From: Hypanus sabinus
Taxonomy: Eukaryota
Assembly (NCBI RefSeq): GCF_030144855.1
Contig: NC_082712.1
Span: forward strand, 169,508,001-169,572,000
DNA: 64,000 bases
Reading direction: 5' to 3'
A program made the translations under genes and the position numbers. A model generated the notes under the pieces. It saw only the letters and a list, made by a program, of their open reading frames with translations, searched no databases and was not told where the DNA came from. Shown here piece by piece: positions 1-12,215 of this stretch (position 1 is the first letter of the stretch; the number at the start of each line of letters is the position of its first letter).

Positions 1-587
1 GACCAGCACCCTTCCCTCCTATGGCAAAAGTGAGGAATCTCACAACCGGAGCACTTCTGGATGATGGCTTTCCCCTTCTATGGGGCGGACTGCAATTCGA
101 GGGAAATCATCAACCTGTCCACAGTTTTAGAGGAGATGGCCAGTAGTACCACTAAGACCATGGATGGCGTCCAGGGAACCGAATGGCCCTTGGTTTTGTT
201 CTGGCTGAAAAAGGAGGTGCATGTGCCATTGTAGGACAAGAGTGCTGCACCTACATCCCAGATGAATCAGAGAACATTACCTCTCTCTCCGTTCACATTC
301 AAAAGGAGGTAAATGAAATCCGGAAAATCGGGGCCAACATTGCAGGATGGAGCAGTATACTGCTACATTATGCTACCAGCATTGCAGGAGTACTCATGCT
401 TATTGCACTTTTCCGATGTTTATGGCCCCTTGTCAGCTGGTGCTTTTGCCCTATGCCCACAGGGATATTTATACAAAGAGTCCACCTAGAAGAAAGGGGA
501 CCTCAGAGAGACCGAGGTGCAAATAATGAGGATGGAGACTACGATGACGCGGAAAGCCCTTTGGCTTATCCCAAGTGTGAAAATTAA
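1..587 (+). pseudogene. env: Endogenous retrovirus envelope, SU/TM junction and TM subunit (class I, gamma/epsilon-type), disrupted
   Basis: Frame 1 from base 1 reads WQK*GISQPEHFWMMAFPFYG...IINLSTVLEEMA (decayed furin site, fusion peptide, heptad). After a frameshift it continues NRMALGFVLAEKGGACAIVGQECCTYIPD (immunosuppressive domain plus CX6CC), followed by a hydrophobic TM segment. Confidence 0.9.
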
Positions 588-635
588 CATGTACAACAAC
601 CCTGACGTTGATAATCCTAGTTGTCATGGAATGAC

Positions 636-935
636 AAAAGGAGGGAATGAGGAATTATATGCAGAATTAAAAGGGCTAAAACCTAACTGACTTGTTGCAT
701 GGGAAAGCTGCCAAGGATACCTAGCAACAATCAGAATATGTATGTGATAACAAAGTACATCAGCAACTCCAAATAGTATTCTGGGCTCACTTGGGTTGCA
801 GATTTTCCCAGGCTCTGTGACTGGAGCTCTGTAGTTCAACTGAGCACGCAAGCTTGTTGATAAACAGTATGTACTTTTAAGTAAACTGTGTTTGAACCTA
901 AAGGCCTCTGGTAGAGAGGCAGATTAAGATTATCA
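636..935 (+). mobile_element. ERV polypurine tract (636-647) and 3' LTR (~648-935)
   Basis: AAAAGGAGGGAA lies just after the env stop and is followed by TG at 648. AGTAAA polyA-like signal at 880-885; plausible terminus ...TTATCA at 935. Confidence 0.7.
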
Positions 936-1149
936 CAACCATAAACATTTAGTCCCTTCACCGCCTTCATAATATTGCTGCAATATGTACCCCTCTATAT
1001 GATGCACCTCTGCAACTTGTCAAGATTTATTTTAACATAAGACCTCTGTCACCTGAAATTAGCAGGTGCATAGTAACAAACTCATCTACTTCCCACCAAA
1101 TTCAAAAGGATAGCTCACTGCTGCCCTTCAAGTTCAGTAAAGGATGCCT

Positions 1150-1800
1150 AAGAAATTCTTCTTTTGCTTTTGGCATTCACATCTGAGAAGGTTTGAAAGC
1201 AATGGAAAAACTTGGAATTGCTTACATTTCTTAACTGCCATTTCAACCTGAAATGCTGTCTTCAGTGTCCTTTAAATCCACAATCTCAAATCCCTCTGCT
1301 GTTCTCAAACATTAATTTTACCTCCATTCAGAGGATAATTACTATATTTTGACCAAAAATGTATCACTTCTCACTTGGTGACATTGGATTCAATCTGCCA
1401 CTTTCATCCCACTTCCGATATTATTAATATCACTTTACAGTTTCCTTTGTTCTTGTAAAGAATTAACTATGCTTCCTATTTTGGTAACATCTGCAGATTT
1501 CCCCCAAGGCCTATATCTGAATCATTGATGTATGTAGTGAACAGAAGTGCCTCAAGAATTGAACCCTGTGGGATAACATGACCCACTTGCAACCACTCTG
1601 AGAAACTGCCCTTAATTTCTAGTTTCTGCTTTCTTCCTTCTAACCAATTATGAAGGAAGTGACACTCTTCCGTCTTTGTTTTTTTCTTCCTATCGGTGCT
1701 TCTGATTAAATTTTCATAATTCACATTTGGGATAAAAGAAAGAGAGGCCACCCAGTATTGTGCCACTGAGGACTCCATTAAACTTACTTCAAAACCCCTG
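1150..1800 (-). mobile_element. Old CR1 LINE RT fragment
   Basis: ORF 1476..1778 contains GSFSEW..V...IPQGSIL..LLFTTYIND (CR1 RT motif). Confidence 0.75.
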
Positions 1801-3019
1801 TCAAAGAATGTAGAATACTTGGTGGTCAGGTTTATTTTATTCTTTCAGCTGTTGCCTGTAGGAATGCAGCTCATTTGTATTTCTTGGTATTCTATTCATG
1901 TAAATCACCTGCAGTATAATTGGTAGAAACAAATTTGGAACAATCTTTCACCAAATGAGGTAGTGCCAGTGGTAGTCTACAAGAGTGGTCAATGTAAAAT
2001 ACTGCAGCCTTGATAAGGCTGAGAAATTTGTGGTATAGAAAACACAATTATTGTTCTTTTTATAAATATTGAAGTATTGCAATATGTCTTTTGGCACATA
2101 ACTAAGAATGAGAATGACTTATCATTGGTATTTTAAATATTTTCCTTGAATACTCCATTCTGAAGTATTGATATTCCTTGTGGTGGTAAGCTACAATAAA
2201 TGCTTGAAACTGTCCCATAATTTCGCACAGCTGGCAGGATAATAGATCTCTCTGCCAAATTAAAACTGTTCCCCAAAGAGCACTCAAGACTTCTTGCTGC
2301 TTTGAAATTTGGAGTCTGATGCGAATCTCACAATGGTGAATTCCCAGAAATGAAGAAAAATGTCAGTGAGCATAGTAGGTGCAGAGAGGGAACTTGGCAG
2401 TTTTTGCAGAATGAAAATTAAAGCGGATAATTAAATAAGAAGCTTATGGGAACAAAATCTGGACATGTGGAGTGTACTGGATAGTAACCTTTTTTATTGT
2501 ACACTAGGTGGTATAGTTTTTATTTTTATCCCTAGACAATACTGATTCTGACATGTGACTTGGTCATTGCAGAATACTCTTTAGTGTAGATTAATGGCTG
2601 AAAGAATCAGATGGATAGTTTTGGGTATGTGTGACAGAGGGCAAGTGTCAATAAAAGAGAAAATAAAGAGAAGAGGAAATGGTACTCATGAATGTAGAAG
2701 CTGACATGGACCCTTTGGGCTGAATGACTATATGTTGTTGTAAGCATAAAATCAATCATTGATGAATGGGTTGGAGGCAGGTTTGCAGATGAAATTGTAT
2801 GATGGCGGATTTATTTTCTTTGCCTTGTGAGACTGTGGACTTTAGCAGTAAATAGACCAGAAATGCAGCTGGTGCAGGACGTAATGCCAGACCTATGCCT
2901 GGGAGCTACATGTTGGTGTCATCTCCAGGCTGGCAGGCTCTCCAAACCTCAGGCAGTCTGCACTTGATCTCTTTCTTGGTAGTTGGAGATGGCCTTCCTC
3001 ATCAAAGAAGCCATGACCA

Positions 3020-3535
3020 GCTTGTTTATGAAAATCCTTCATATCTCAGAAAGGATTTGGAGAGAGTCCAGAGGAAGTTCACAAGGATGATTCTAGAATA
3101 AAGAAGTTAACATGTGAGGAGTGTTTGGTAGTTTTGGACCAATACTCACTGGAATTAAGAAGAATGCGGGCTATCTCATTGAAACTTGCTGAATTTTGAA
3201 AGGACTACTTAAAGTGGATGAGGAGAGGATGTTTCCTATGGTGGGGTTATCCAGAACAAGAGGGCACAGCCTCAAAATTGAAGGGGACCTTTTAAAACAG
3301 AGGTAAGGAAGAATTTTTATAGTCAGAGAGGAGGGAATATGTGGTGGAGATGAAGTCCATGAGTATACTTAAGGCAGAAGTTGGTAGTTTCTTAATCGGT
3401 CAGGCCATCAAAGGACATGGCGAGAAGGCAGGTGTATGGGGTTAAATGGGATCTGGGATCAGCCATGATGGAATGGCAGCGCAGACTTGATGGGCTAAGT
3501 GGCCTAATAATGCTCCTATGTCTTATGGTCTAACC
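3020..3535 (+). mobile_element. CR1 LINE 3' fragment
   Basis: [17 protein letters not shown], then the CR1 3' UTR ending CCTATGTCTTATGGTCT. Confidence 0.85.
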
Positions 3536-3784
3536 CAGAGCCTCAATTCCTTTACTTGCATTTATTCTTAAACTGTTGTTCTGCAGTTTAATTCTGCAGT
3601 TTAAATTTGTCCAGAATATCAAAGTTCTTGCAACAGCTAACTTGATATGCTCTTAAATTGGTTGTTTGAATTGTCACTGATGATGTTAATTTAAACAATA
3701 TATATAACCCATTATTGTCCATTATTTATTTCACAAAGACATGAATAGATCTGTTTCTTTGTTTTTACAGGGGTATTCTGAAAT

Positions 3785-4110
3785 TAAGTGATCATAATCA
3801 AATTATGATTGTCCTTGGCAAATTCTGTAGAAGTGGTTTGCCATTGCCTCCTCATGGGCAGTATCTTTACAAGATGGGTAGCCCCAGCCACTATCAATAC
3901 TCTTTTGGACATTGTCTGCCTGGTGTGCAGTTGCATAAACAGGACTTGTGATATGTACCAGCTGCTCATGTGACTATCTGACACCTACGCCCATGGCTTC
4001 ATGTTGCCCTGATCTGGAGAGCTAAGTAGGTGCTACACCTTGCTCAAGGGTGACCTGCAGACTCATAGTGGGAAGGATTGCCTTACACCTTCTTTTGTAG
4101 AGCTGTATCT
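3785..4110 (-). mobile_element. SINE-like element with an RTE-type 3' tail
   Basis: AGTGGTTTGCCATTGCCT resembles the reverse of an RTE/BovB-type tail. Family not confirmed. Confidence 0.4.
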
Positions 4111-5904
4111 ACACCTAATCTGTTTATATGCAGCAGATTTTTTTTCAAATGTTGTTACTCCTTCAAATGTTGCTCTACTCTGACAGGTGAAGTGGTCCAG
4201 TTAGTCAATTTTGTTATGACCACTACCATAACTGATCAATGATTAGGAGGGTGAAATTACCATTTCTGCTCATTATCACCTTGTCTTTCCTTTTCCATCA
4301 TGAATGGTGTAAAAATTAATTGTAAAGTAATTGAACAGTGATTCACTACTTCATACAACTCACAAAAATGCTAAAGTGCATTTCTGTACTTCTGATAGTA
4401 ATTTAATTGTTTCTCCTGGCATTTTACATCAATGCACCAAGTTTATATGAAAATAAGATAACATTGGATTTTTATGTAACAACTATCACAATGGGGGATA
4501 AAATAGTGAAAGGATTAAAAGCTGCTCAGTTTCTCATTTAATCTTCAATGCCTCATTTAACATTTTGTATGCATTACTTCTCCTTTGAGAAGAAATCAGT
4601 TTGTTATTTCTCATACTGTAATGTTAGTTACTTAGACATCTGAAGGATCCTATTTGTCATTACCAAAAATAGAACAGAAAAATGTTTTCTATCTGCTTAT
4701 TTCAACCAGCAAGTATTAAAATCTGATGGTTATTTGATTTTCTTGCCTCACTGATGACAATATTTGGACTAATCCAGATTACTTTAGTTCTTGAGGAGAG
4801 ATGAATGGTCAGTGTTGTTAGTTAGTGGCTTTTTTTAAACAATATTGTGGCAGCTTACAGTATTTGCAGCAGAAGTTTGATTATCAGCAGTTTTAATAAT
4901 ACACTGTTGCTTTCAGTATGCTCTTTCCAGTTGTGGTTAGTCTTGCACTATCGAGCTACATACACAACTATGACGGCAAACCTCTTTGTGTATATTTGTC
5001 CCATATGTGTTCTTGTGTTGATGCCATCATCACGCAGTAGGTCAGTGATCTGTAACTGCATTTCTGAAACTCATTGTGGTACAGGCACCAGAACTTGAAT
5101 TTCTCAGTCACTTACTTGCTTTTATCACTTCAGATGTATTTAAAAAGAGTAAGTACAACTTAAGTTTCTAGCTCAGTTTTTGTTCAGTTACATTGCAGCA
5201 TGAATTTTAGTGGGGATCAAAATAATGGCATTGTTCATGAAAAGCGATGGTTTAAACAAAAGTTCAGGTTCTAAGCTTCAGAATGGATTTTAGGATGCTG
5301 AGCAGTGATCTTAAATTGAACTTTTAATCACTTGAATATTATCAGATAGATTTTCTTTCCAAATATCTAATCCACCTGAAGTTACAAATAAGCTTGGATG
5401 GTGTTAAAATGCTTATTAAAAAGCCTACTAATTACAGAATTTGACCTGTTATGATGGCTATTTCTTTTGATCAAAGAGAATGGATACTTGTAGCAAGAGC
5501 TGAGGTACTTTAATTTTGCCAGGTGTAAGTTTGAGATTGGTTACTATAGAATCTGATCTTTTCTAACTCACTTACTCTGAGCCATTGCTTGTTCACATTT
5601 TTCACAGGTTTGCCTCTTTCATTTATGTGTCTCCTTTTAAGGGGTGCCAAATGTATTCTGTTAGAGTCTCAGTTTTATCTGATGAAGGATATAATGCAGT
5701 TAAACGATGCAATCAGCCGAGCTGCTTTTCAGAATATAGATTACTCTGTTGATCTTTGAATTTTGGAGAAAAAAACACTGTCATTAATAGAGCATAAACG
5801 AGGTGCTGCTTTTCAAGGTATAGAATCGGTTGGTACTTCCTGAAACTATTTGTGAAGGAAGAGGTATGCATCTAATAACTAAAGTTATAGCATTCTTTTT
5901 GTAA

Positions 5905-6770
5905 TTTCAAAGGTTCATTTTATTTTATCAAAGCGTACAACTCTGAATTCTTCAATTCTTTGGGCAGCCATGAAACCAAGAAAGAAAAGAAAGGCAACAT
6001 GATCATCAACCCTCGAATACCTCCTTTTGCACAAAAAAAATTGAACAAAATTGATCAGGTACATTGGCTGCCAAATCCCTCCTCCTGCACAAAAAAGCCC
6101 AAAACAGATTAGGTACATTGACCCCCAAATCCCCCTCCCTGCTCAAAAGAAAGAGAAGATCTGGCAGAAAAACACAATATAAGACTGCAAAAAAGATTAG
6201 ATCGTTGAAGTCCACATTCATCTCGGCAGCACATTCTGCAGCAGCAGGCTCTCCCCCCCACCACTGGTAGCGTTGCAGCGCGATTGAAAGACAGTCAGCT
6301 GGTGCTCACCCTCTGCACTTGCTTTGATGCTTCAATCACCCTCATCACTTTAGTTGGCAAACAATGAAAATTTTAACTGGTGAAATGCAGCCAAACATCG
6401 GTTTGTGCTCCCCCTCCCCCGTCCTGTAGTCTGCCCACTATGAGTTTCACTCACGCTGCCCCTGCCTCTTGGAATCTCCTCGGAGACTGTAGAGTGCGGA
6501 AAAAACCCAAGAAATCTTTAAGCTTCCACTCTTTGCCTTAATGTTTCAGTCAGCCTTGTTGCTTTAATCAGCGAACAATGGAGCTATTATCAGTGAAATG
6601 GGGTCATACATTGGCTTGTGGACCATCCAGCAGCCTTCTTGCCATGGGGTTTGCTCATACTACCTCTGCTTCCCAGAATCTTGGATATTGCAGTGTGCGG
6701 AAGTGCACAAATGATCTCCAAACAGCAAAACAGGGTCTCCAGCAGCTCCAGAAACATATCTAAGATGAGA
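5905..6770 (-). mobile_element. Unclassified non-autonomous retroelement with Rex-like 3' tail and internal duplications
   Basis: Minus-strand AATAAA..GAACCTTTGAA tail at ~5905-5925; ~55-bp x3 and ~215-bp x2 internal repeats. Related segments at ~21905 and ~47795. Confidence 0.45.
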
Positions 6771-6794
6771 AACAAAAGTAAAAGTGAAAAAAGC

Positions 6795-7880
6795 AAACAC
6801 AAGGAAATCTGCAGATGTTGGAAATTCAAGCACCACACACAAAATGCTGGTGGAACACAGCAGGCCAGGCAGCATCTATAGGGAGAAACACTGTCGACGT
6901 TTCGGGCCGAGACCCTTCGTCAGCACTGAAAGAAAAGATAGTAAGAGATTTGAAAGTAGGAGGGGGAGGGGGAAATGCGAAATGATAGGAGAAGACCGGA
7001 GGGGGTGGGGTGAAGCTGAGAGCTGGATAGGTGATTGGCAAAAGGGATACAGAGCTGGAGAAGGGAAAGGATCATGGGATGGGAGGCCTAGGGAGAAAAA
7101 AAGGGGGAGGGGAGCGCCAGAGGGAGATGGAGAACAGGCAGAGAGAGAAGAAAAAAAAGAGGAGGGGGGAGAAAAACTAAATATATCAGGGATGGGGTAA
7201 GAAGGGGAGGAGGGGCATTAACGGAAGTTAGAGAAGTCAATGTTCATGCCATCAGGTTGTGGCTACCCAGCCAGTATATAAGGTGTTGTTCCTCCAACCT
7301 GAGTGTGGCTTCATCTTGACAGTAGAGGAGGCCATGGATAGACCTATCAGAATGGGAATGGAACATGGAATTAAAATGTGTGGCCACTTGGAGATCCTGC
7401 TTTCTCTGGCGGACAGAGTGTAGATGTTCAGCGAAACAGTCTCCCAGTCTGTGTCGGGTCTCACCAATATATAAAAGGCCACACCGGGAGCACCGGACGC
7501 AGTGTACCACACCAGCCGACTCACAGGTGAAGTGTCGCCTGACCTGGAAGGACTGTCTGGGGCCCTGAATGGTGGTGAGGGTGGAAGTGTAAGGGCATGT
7601 GTAGTACTTGTTCCGCTTACAAGGATAAGTGCCAAGAAGGGAAGGGATAGGAGGGACGAATGGATAAGGGAGTCGTGCAGGGAGCGATCCCCACAGAAAG
7701 CAGAGGGGGGGGAGGGAAAGATCAGCTTGGTAGTGGGATCCCGTTGGAGGTGGCGGAAGTTACGAAGAATTATATGTTGGACCCAGAGGCTGGTGGGGTG
7801 GTAGGTGAGGACAAGGGGAACCTTATCCCAAGTGGGGTAGCCAACGTATAGCTACCCCACTTGGAATAGGGTTCCCTTGT
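6795..7880 (-). mobile_element. Penelope-like element (Neptune-type), 3' portion: Cys linker, GIY-YIG endonuclease and 3' terminal region
   Basis: Minus strand encodes VPLVLTYHP, GTYPCKRNKYYTCP and HCVRCSRCGLLYIGETRHRLGDCFAEHL (GIY-YIG). Terminal region carries a hammerhead motif; short inverted tail at 7811-7880. Confidence 0.9.
6892..6929 (-). ncRNA. Minimal type I hammerhead ribozyme motif within the PLE terminus
   Basis: Minus strand: CAGTG-CTGACGA-AGGGTCTCGGCCC-GAAAC-GTC-GACAG, i.e. CUGANGA, stem II (GGG/CCC), GAAA, palindromic ACGU stem III and GUC site. Stem I has mismatches. Confidence 0.7.
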
Positions 7881-7904
7881 AGTTCCCTTGTCATTCCACT
7901 GTCA

Positions 7905-8072
7905 AAGTCACTTAGATCACATTCCTTTCCCATTCTGATGTTTGGTCTGAGCAACAACTAAACCTGTTGAGCATGTCTGCACATTTTTGTGCATTGAATG
8001 GCTACCATAATTGACTGATTAGATATTTGCATTAACGAGCAGGTGTACCTAATAAAGTGTCCACTAAGTGTA
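7905..8072. mobile_element. Tc1/mariner-type MITE, one end only
   Basis: Ends GTACCTAATAAAGTGTCCACTAAGTG-TA, resembling a Tc1-like TIR plus TA. Confidence 0.6.
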
Positions 8073-8074
8073 TG

Positions 8075-8780
8075 TGAGCATTCACAGTAAATAGAAAGAC
8101 ACACTATAGAATCAGTGAAAAACTACAGTCAGATAACCAATGTGCAAAATACAACAAATTGTGCAAATACAAAAATAAAAAGCAAAATGATAATAGATAA
8201 ATAAGTAACAATTAATATTGAGAACATGAGTTGTAGAGCCCTTAAAAGTGAGTTCATAGGTTGTGGAATCAATTCAGTTTTAGGGTTCAATGTTTCCAGT
8301 GGCATTGCAATATCACTCCCAGGATGCATTCCTGTTCTACACTTTACATTCATTAGAGAAAACACAATATTTGGAGCAAATTCTCATTATGCTTCCCTGA
8401 AAGGATTTGTTACAGGCAGAAGTGTAATATGTGTTTATAACATTATATGCACTTTCACATAAAAGCAAGCACTGAATGATTCTGAATGATAGCCAATCTA
8501 GTTCAGGAGCCTGGTAGTTGGGGGGATAATAACTGTTCCTGAACTGGTGGTGTGGAACCTAAGGCTCCTACACCTCCTAAATGACATCAGCGAGAAAAGA
8601 GCACGTCCTGGATAGTGGGGTTCCTTAATGATGGATGCTGCTTACCTGCGACGGTACTCCTTATAGATACGCTCGATAGTAGGGAGGGCTTCACCTCTGA
8701 TGTACTGGGCTGTATTCACTGCTACCTTTTGTCAGCTTTTCTGTTCACGGGAACTGGTGTTTTCATACCAGACTGTGCTT
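8075..8780 (-). mobile_element. Rex1/Babar LINE 3' fragment
   Basis: Reverse complement of the ..HPGRALFSLMS..RRCRSLG..TTSSGTV.. region; similar to the copy at 44086. Confidence 0.65.
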
Positions 8781-9295
8781 AACTTAGTGGGTCAAGCAGC
8801 AACTGTGGGAGGAAAAGAATTGTCAAAGTTTTGGGTCGAACCTTGCTTCAGGACCGTGAGCAGAGAAGTGAACTAGCCAGTATGAAGTGGAGAAAGGAAA
8901 TTCTGCTTCCAGCTATAGTTCGCCACTCTTCTAATGGTTCCCATTTTCACCACCTCCTTATCAGAATCCAGCACTGGTAGCACAGTATTCCTGCTTATCC
9001 CCTTCCAGCAGTGTCTCCTGTCTTCAAACTCCTCATGAACCCCTCTCCTCCATCTTGCTCTATTTGTTCTTTCCCTCTCTGTGGCTCCATCTATCATTCA
9101 CCCACCAACATCTGTTTGAGATATTACATCACTTCCCTGTATACTGGTTAGCTCGCCTCTCCGCTCTTAGCCCTGATGTAGGATTTTGACCCAAATCATT
9201 GACAATGCAGTTCCTCCCACAGATGCTGCTTGACCTGCTGAGCTGGTAGCAGATTGTTGCTCTTGATTCCAGCTTCTGCAGTATTTTGTGTCTTC
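8780..9295 (+). mobile_element. Penelope-derived fold-back element, degenerate
   Basis: 8780-8890 is an inverted copy of 9135-9245 (ACAGATGCTGCTTGACCTGCTGAG region) with a decayed hammerhead. Confidence 0.7.
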
Positions 9296-9599
9296 ATTAA
9301 ATCTGAGCCATATTGTTGGAATAGGCAAAAGTGAATGTGCAGAATGTATTGTTTTAAATCCACTTTCCCCTATGTGCACAGAATTTTGAGAAATACACAT
9401 GGAATTAATATTGTTTTTATTTTTGTATTTTAATTTTTGCTTTCTCTTGTATATTGTCTTGTAAATGTCACTGAACTATTTCCACAATGTAGGGAATATA
9501 CTAGTGGCTGCTCTGTTCTGTATATAATCTGTTCTGAAAGATTATCTACTCCAGATTGCTTGATAAACTTACTAATTTGTGTAAAGAACTGGTGGGGAG

Positions 9600-9805
9600 G
9601 AACACTTGACTAATGCAAAAGATTGCATGGGTTTTCTTTGGGTGCCTCAGTTTCCCCCACATTTTAAAAGACGTGTGGGTTTCATTTAGTAAGTTGTAGG
9701 TGTGCCATGTTGATGCCATAAAGCATAGTGACACATTTGGGAGAGCCCCCAGATGCATACAACACATTTTATTGTATGTTTCGATGTACATGTGATAAAT
9801 AAAGC
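9600..9805 (+). mobile_element. V-SINE (HE1-like) fragment
   Basis: GCATGGGTTTTCTTTGGGTGCCTCAGTTTCCCCCAC V-domain and tail ending GATGTACATGTGATAAATAAAG. Confidence 0.7.
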
Positions 9806-11125
9806 ATTTTAAAATAAAGAAAACGTTTTGAAAGGGCTGCCTAAGAACTAGCTTTATTTTTAATTCTTGTATGAATTATTCTGTAATTATTGACGTATTG
9901 CTGAAGTTTTACCAAATACACTCCACCTTCTGGTGCTGAATGTATTGATTCAAGCTTTCTTAAGAACACAGGTTATATTTGAGTTTGTGATTCCACTCCA
10001 ATTAATTTTCCAGTCTTTCTTGACAATAAATTTGAAACAGAGTTGTGTTTATGCTCAGCAGCAGATTTAAAACTTGTCAAAGCTATAAGAATCCTTTTGC
10101 CTTGCAATTTTACAGTCCAGGTAAATTTTACATTGAAATTAAACAAGATCGGACTCTTTGTTTTAGAAGTAAAACTTTAAATTGAAAGTGTCATGAAATT
10201 GTTTAAATTTTTTTAGTATTTTAGTTTTATATTATATCCATTTAAGATAACTGCACTAGTGTTTAATCAGTTTAATAAAGTATACAGATTTTATACAAGG
10301 GCACACATCAAATTGTCTAATGTGATTGCTGAACTAATTGAAAATACTTTGTATAATCTGAAAACTCTAAACTAGAGAAGAATTTTTAAAGAATTCTTTT
10401 GGCAAAATCAACTAATGACAGAGAAGACATGACATAAATATCCAAAGAACATTTCTAAAGGTCTTTATTGAAATTGGGTAATAAATTAAACAGAATTTTA
10501 TCACCCCAATTTTTAAATTCCGGGATTAATTTTTTCACAACATTGTGTGCATGTGAATTTCGGTTCCCAGGCTAACATGCTGCATTTAAGGAGTTTGATA
10601 GGTCATTTTGTATTAACTTTATTATAAGGGTCAGTAATTATGCTGTATGACCATCATATAAATGCAAAGCTTCATGCAAAGTTGAGTCTGGAAGATACTC
10701 TCCTGAGGTTTCACATTTATCAAGTTAATTTGAGGTCTAGTGCAGCTCCCTCTAGATTGCCACAAGTTTTCAACCTGTTCATTGAGAGCAGACTTTGTGA
10801 CCTTGGAAATTCATGAAAAAGGAAGATTAATTCGAGAAGAAAATGCTTTTTGAATTGTTTAACTAGCTTGCTTCAATGCATTTTGTACTTTTGAAGAAGG
10901 TAAGTGAAAGAAAGCAAGGAAAATTTCCAGGGAAAATAAACTCCCATGTTTACTCGTGATTAATTTGATATAGTTTATTTTGGTCAACTTGGCCAAATGG
11001 ATTTTACAAAATGTTTTCAAGATTCTGGCAGCATGATGCTGTGTATATTTATCTCTATCCCAGTTACAAATTTTGCAATGCCTTTGAATTGAAGACACTA
11101 TTCCTTGAAGTGTAAGAAAGAAAAA

Positions 11126-11320
11126 AAAATGCTGGAGGAGCTCAGCAAGTCAGGTGGCATCTATGGAAATGATCCTAACGAGACCCTTCATGTCCTGATG
11201 GAAGCATCTTGGCTTAAAACGTTGACTGTTTATTCCTGTCCATAGATGCTGCATGACCTGCCTAGTTCCTTCAACATTTTGTTTGTGTTTTTCTGGATTG
11301 CCAGCATCTGCAGAACGTTC
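11126..11320 (+). mobile_element. Penelope-derived fold-back mini-element
   Basis: AAAATGCTGGAGGAGCTCAGCAAGTCAGGTGGCATCTATGG is inverted relative to CCATAGATGCTGCATGACCTGCCTAGTTCCTTCAACATTTT; decayed hammerhead in between. Confidence 0.8.
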
Positions 11321-12029
11321 AGAAAAATAATTGTGAGGTCTTAAAAAAAATGGAATTTCAGGAAGAGAGCTACAACAATAAAAATATGCTGGGATTGGGA
11401 GAGGGATGGAATGGAAAGATATAAGTTCATGAACAAGATTTAACAATAACAGGTCAGTGGAAAATCTGGAGCTAGTACAGATCAGCAAAGATGAATTCTG
11501 GATGAACTGTATTTGATGTGATTTGGATGCACATTACTGAATTTTTGCATGAGTGAAAATGCGGAGGCTGCAGGATATTAACTACAATAGCACCAGAATA
11601 TCATCCCTTTAGCTGATAAATATTTGATTTGGTCTTCATGAGAAAAGGGTTGAGATGCTGCTGGATAATGTCTAGAGAATAGGGGCATTCTTAATGCTAA
11701 ATAGTATGTCAAGTTGGAGATTTAGGAATTTGAGTGGGATGATATGTCCATACAGTTTAAACTACTTTTGGTAGTGACTAGCAAGGTTGAGATTTTTTTT
11801 GAGGGCATGGATATAAGAAAAGGATGAAGTGTCAAGACATTTAAGAATGGCACAAGGAGGGATTGATGACCAGAGGGTCCCAGAATTCCTTCTTCCAATA
11901 ATCAGTGAGGAATATTAAAGGTGCATGCATATATGAGAATATGTCTAATATTTATGTGCTGACCTCGACCTCCAAAAGTAGACTGATGTAACTTTCTTTG
12001 TCTGCACTCAATACTGAGTATTTCTTAAA

Positions 12030-12215
12030 AGCATAGAAAACCTACAGCACAATACTGGCCCTTCAGGCAACAAAGTTGTGCCGAACATGTCTTTACCTCA
12101 GAACTACCTAGGCTTACCCATAGCTCTCTGTTTTTCTAAGCTCCACGTACGCATCCAGGAGTCTCTTAAAAGGCCCTATTGTTTCTGCCTCCACTGCCGG
12201 CAGCCCATTCCACGC
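12030..12215 (-). mobile_element. CR1 3' end
   Basis: CATAGAAAACCTACAGCACAATAC.. is the reverse complement of the CR1 tail at 25200-25240. Confidence 0.85.

Noticed and set aside
183-587. 134-aa ORF as a domesticated syncytin-like gene
   Set aside because: There is an upstream stop at the furin site, a frameshift, no signal peptide in the ORF and an apparently shortened ectodomain.
6784-7200. 138-aa ORF (and 62167..62607) as host genes
   Set aside because: These are translations of the purine/pyrimidine-biased Penelope terminal region.
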